Assembly: GCA_030295235.1 (NCBI GenBank)
Contig: AP026129.1
Coordinates: forward strand, 434,001 to 498,000
DNA: 64,000 nucleotides
Source of the DNA: Fistulifera solaris
Lineage: Eukaryota
Reading direction: 5' to 3'
In this document: positions 61,401 through 64,000 of the stretch, in pieces
Layout of the letters: each line of letters begins with the position of its first letter
How positions within the stretch are numbered: the first letter of the stretch is position 1
Program-made: the position numbers and the translations under genes
Notes under the pieces: model-generated
Database searches by the model: none
What the model was told of the DNA's origin: nothing
Seen by the model: the letters and a program-made list of their open reading frames with translations, nothing else

Positions 61401-64000
61401 CTCTCGCTGCGTTCACCGCTGACTCAAAAAATCCAGGACGCAAGTCCATTCCTTCTTGTGACAAAGAAAAGAAATAATTGTTCTCTTGGAATACGCTGTC
61501 AGCCCAACACATTCTGGTTAACTGGCATTTGTACCACTTTTCTTTCATTTTCGCCGTATCATTTTCTGAAAGCACTATGGACGGGTTCATTGATGTACCT
61601 GAAATGTAATGCTGCAAAGCGAAATCAAGCCCAAGCTGATCAAGGCCATTTGCAAATCCAATAGTCGCTTGGTATTCGTTGAGAGAATGACAAGATTCAA
61701 AGACGTCATCCTTCCCCCTTAACATCGACAGAAAGTTTTCCGGAGAGTGTACGTCTATGTCAGCCACGAACTGTGTAAGGGCTTTCAGGTTGTCAGTTTC
61801 TTCTAGCTCTTCGTAGCATCTCCTTAGAGTGGACAAAAAATTTCGTGAGATGAAAGCTAACTCCGCGCTCGAAATGCTCGTGTGTCGGTGCGAGATTTTG
61901 CCACTAATATGCCCACTCCCACACTGAGCTGTTACATTCTTGGCCACAATAGCATTTATGCTTTCCCTCGTCCACGATGATCCCCCAAATTGACTGTCTG
62001 CGTACATCTCCGCGTAAAGTATAGCAGCTGTGACTCTCCCCGCTTTCAAGAATGCTCGCATTACCAAGTACCCATCTAGATGCAAGATGACTCCGAAACG
62101 CAACCCACTCCAAGGTATAGCCCGTACACAAGAACAAACACTTGCACGGGAAGAGTTTTCGTTCTTCTCGTTCTTGGAAATCTCGTCTGTTAGTCGGCTC
62201 TTTCTCTGGCTGCGCGATGACATAAATTTTGCTTGAGTTGCGTGCCGTAGAACTTCAAGGGTATTCAGAATAAGATCCAGATACTGTCGCTCTTGGCTGT
62301 CACAAGTATGACGATCTCCCGTGCACTGTTTCAATAATGTCTCAAAACATCCTCCGATTTTGTCAATAAGATCCTCTTCCGCGGGTGCTTGATGTGTGGC
62401 TCCATCCGGTGCACGATGCAGCAGATCAACTATCAGCGCTGGAAAAAGTGCTGCAGCAACACTCGATTCAAGGAATGTTATCTTCTGCAACAACCAAAAG
62501 AATTCCATCTCATTCTTATTGACTTCTCCGGATACACTATAGAGGCAAAGTATAATTGACGGGACAATCGCACAGAGCCATTCCTCAAAAGAAGAGCTCC
62601 GCGCGCTACTCCACGCCTCCGGTGCCCAACACCAAGAGGTAACACTATCTTCATCAACGCCACACTTGGTACGGATCAAGGCAATTTCGTGCCCCTCGAG
62701 GAACAGTTGTTTGTCAATAATAATTGTGCTTCTCTTTGTGTGTGAATAAAATATCTCAAGTAAGGCGCTCACCTCGTTCACGATGAGACCGCGGCACTCC
62801 GCCCCGACACGAGTTGACAAAACGGAAGTAAGCGTGTGGGCTGAAATTGACGAGTTCAAAGGATTCGGAGATTCAAGCACGACTAACAGAGTTTCAATAC
62901 ATCTTGCCTGCAGAGTCCGAAGGAGACGATTGTCTGTCACAGCCGAATACAACCAATATTCGCCGACCAGTGGGTATTCTTTGTCCCACAAAATGGTCGA
63001 CATATTCAGTTCACCGAAGCACCGACTCGCAGCTAAGCGAATCTTTCGCGGAAAGCCAGATGAACATAGCAGGCCGAGAGTTTGAACATGGGATGATTTT
63101 AATGGCTGAAGCATTACCTTTCCACTTCTTGAATCGTGTAAAACTTTTTCAAGCCTTACAAGCTTGTTGATGAGTCTGTTCTTGTAAATAGCTGGATAAT
63201 TAGACAGTCTTGTCTTCCCTCGATTTATATTTTCTCCCTGTCCCGGCACATCGCTGATGAAGGTGGCAACGTCGATTTCGGTTCCACTCACAAAATCAGT
63301 ATTTGTGCGGCCTACAAGCTTTTCAATCGCGCCCCGAACGTCAAGTAGGCTTTTGAAATCTCGTAGGCTATCTCTTGAAATAGAACTAAGCCTACTTGCT
63401 TGATATGCTTCAACAAGCTTCGTTTCGAGACTTTGTGAATTGGAGCACTTTGTCACAAAACTAGAGACAAACGACAGACACGCTTCAACAATAGCTGATC
63501 GTTTCGGACAACGTTTGAAAGGCGTACTCATATCGAATGTGACGCTTTCGCACCACCTCCATGTATCTCCAAGCAAATGCCTACTGATGTTATGTCCACC
63601 AATTAAACCAAGACTTCGGGTCAACTTGGCGTGACGTGCTGATCTAGACAGCTCAGTCTGATCGATGAGGAAGCTAATGCTTTCGTCAAGGACCTGGAAT
63701 ACCACAAGTAGTAAATCTCCAAAAATATCAGAAAAGAGTGATTCGCCGCCGACGTTCAACAGCTTATTCGAGAGGAGCGTCAGTAAAGGTAAACAGAAAA
63801 TATGTATCTTCTGAAAGGTCCCATCACCAAGCACACATGACACTAGCTTGATAGCAATTTGGCAAAAGAAATACACCGGGGATCATTTTCGGCTAATGTC
63901 TCCCCTAGTGCAATCACGTTCTCGAAAGGAATCCAAATGACTCTTGGTGATGAGAATTTCAGTCTGACACACATCAAATACCTTGCATAAAAGAAGAGTA
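58415..64000 (-). CDS. ATM: ATM/Tel1 PIKK kinase, 3' part (FAT, kinase, FATC)
   Basis: QLVKGQDEIRQDAVMQQVF, LGIGDRHCSNIL, VHIDFG, PEKVPFRLTRN, FATC NLSSMYPGWQPWI; several introns and homopolymer indels. Confidence 0.92.

Overview
Gene-dense eukaryotic nuclear DNA, most likely from a pennate diatom. Support: short GT-AG introns, bipartite signal+F/W plastid presequences, a diatom-style HSF and ankyrin-like HxAC repeat proteins. About 30 mostly housekeeping genes are present, including Rab1, RPN2, Cwc18, SmD1, TBCA, mL41, riboflavin synthase, RsfS, an SDP1-like lipase, an inositol 5-phosphatase and the 3' part of ATM. More than 20 single-base frameshifts fall in homopolymer runs, even in essential genes, so the assembly is probably unpolished long-read data and the ORF track splits real genes. 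The most interesting unexplained structures are: (1) a dispersed ~80-bp palindromic element in three intergenic copies; (2) a strongly intergenic TAC-N3-GTA/GGTACC motif family; (3) a plastid-targeted protein of six RPxD..GPLG..E repeats; (4) a vitamin K-dependent carboxylase (GGCX)-like gene; (5) a putative regulator with a His/Cys-rich module; (6) a triplicated 3' end of the 5-phosphatase gene. Family assignments are from motif recognition only; no searches were run.
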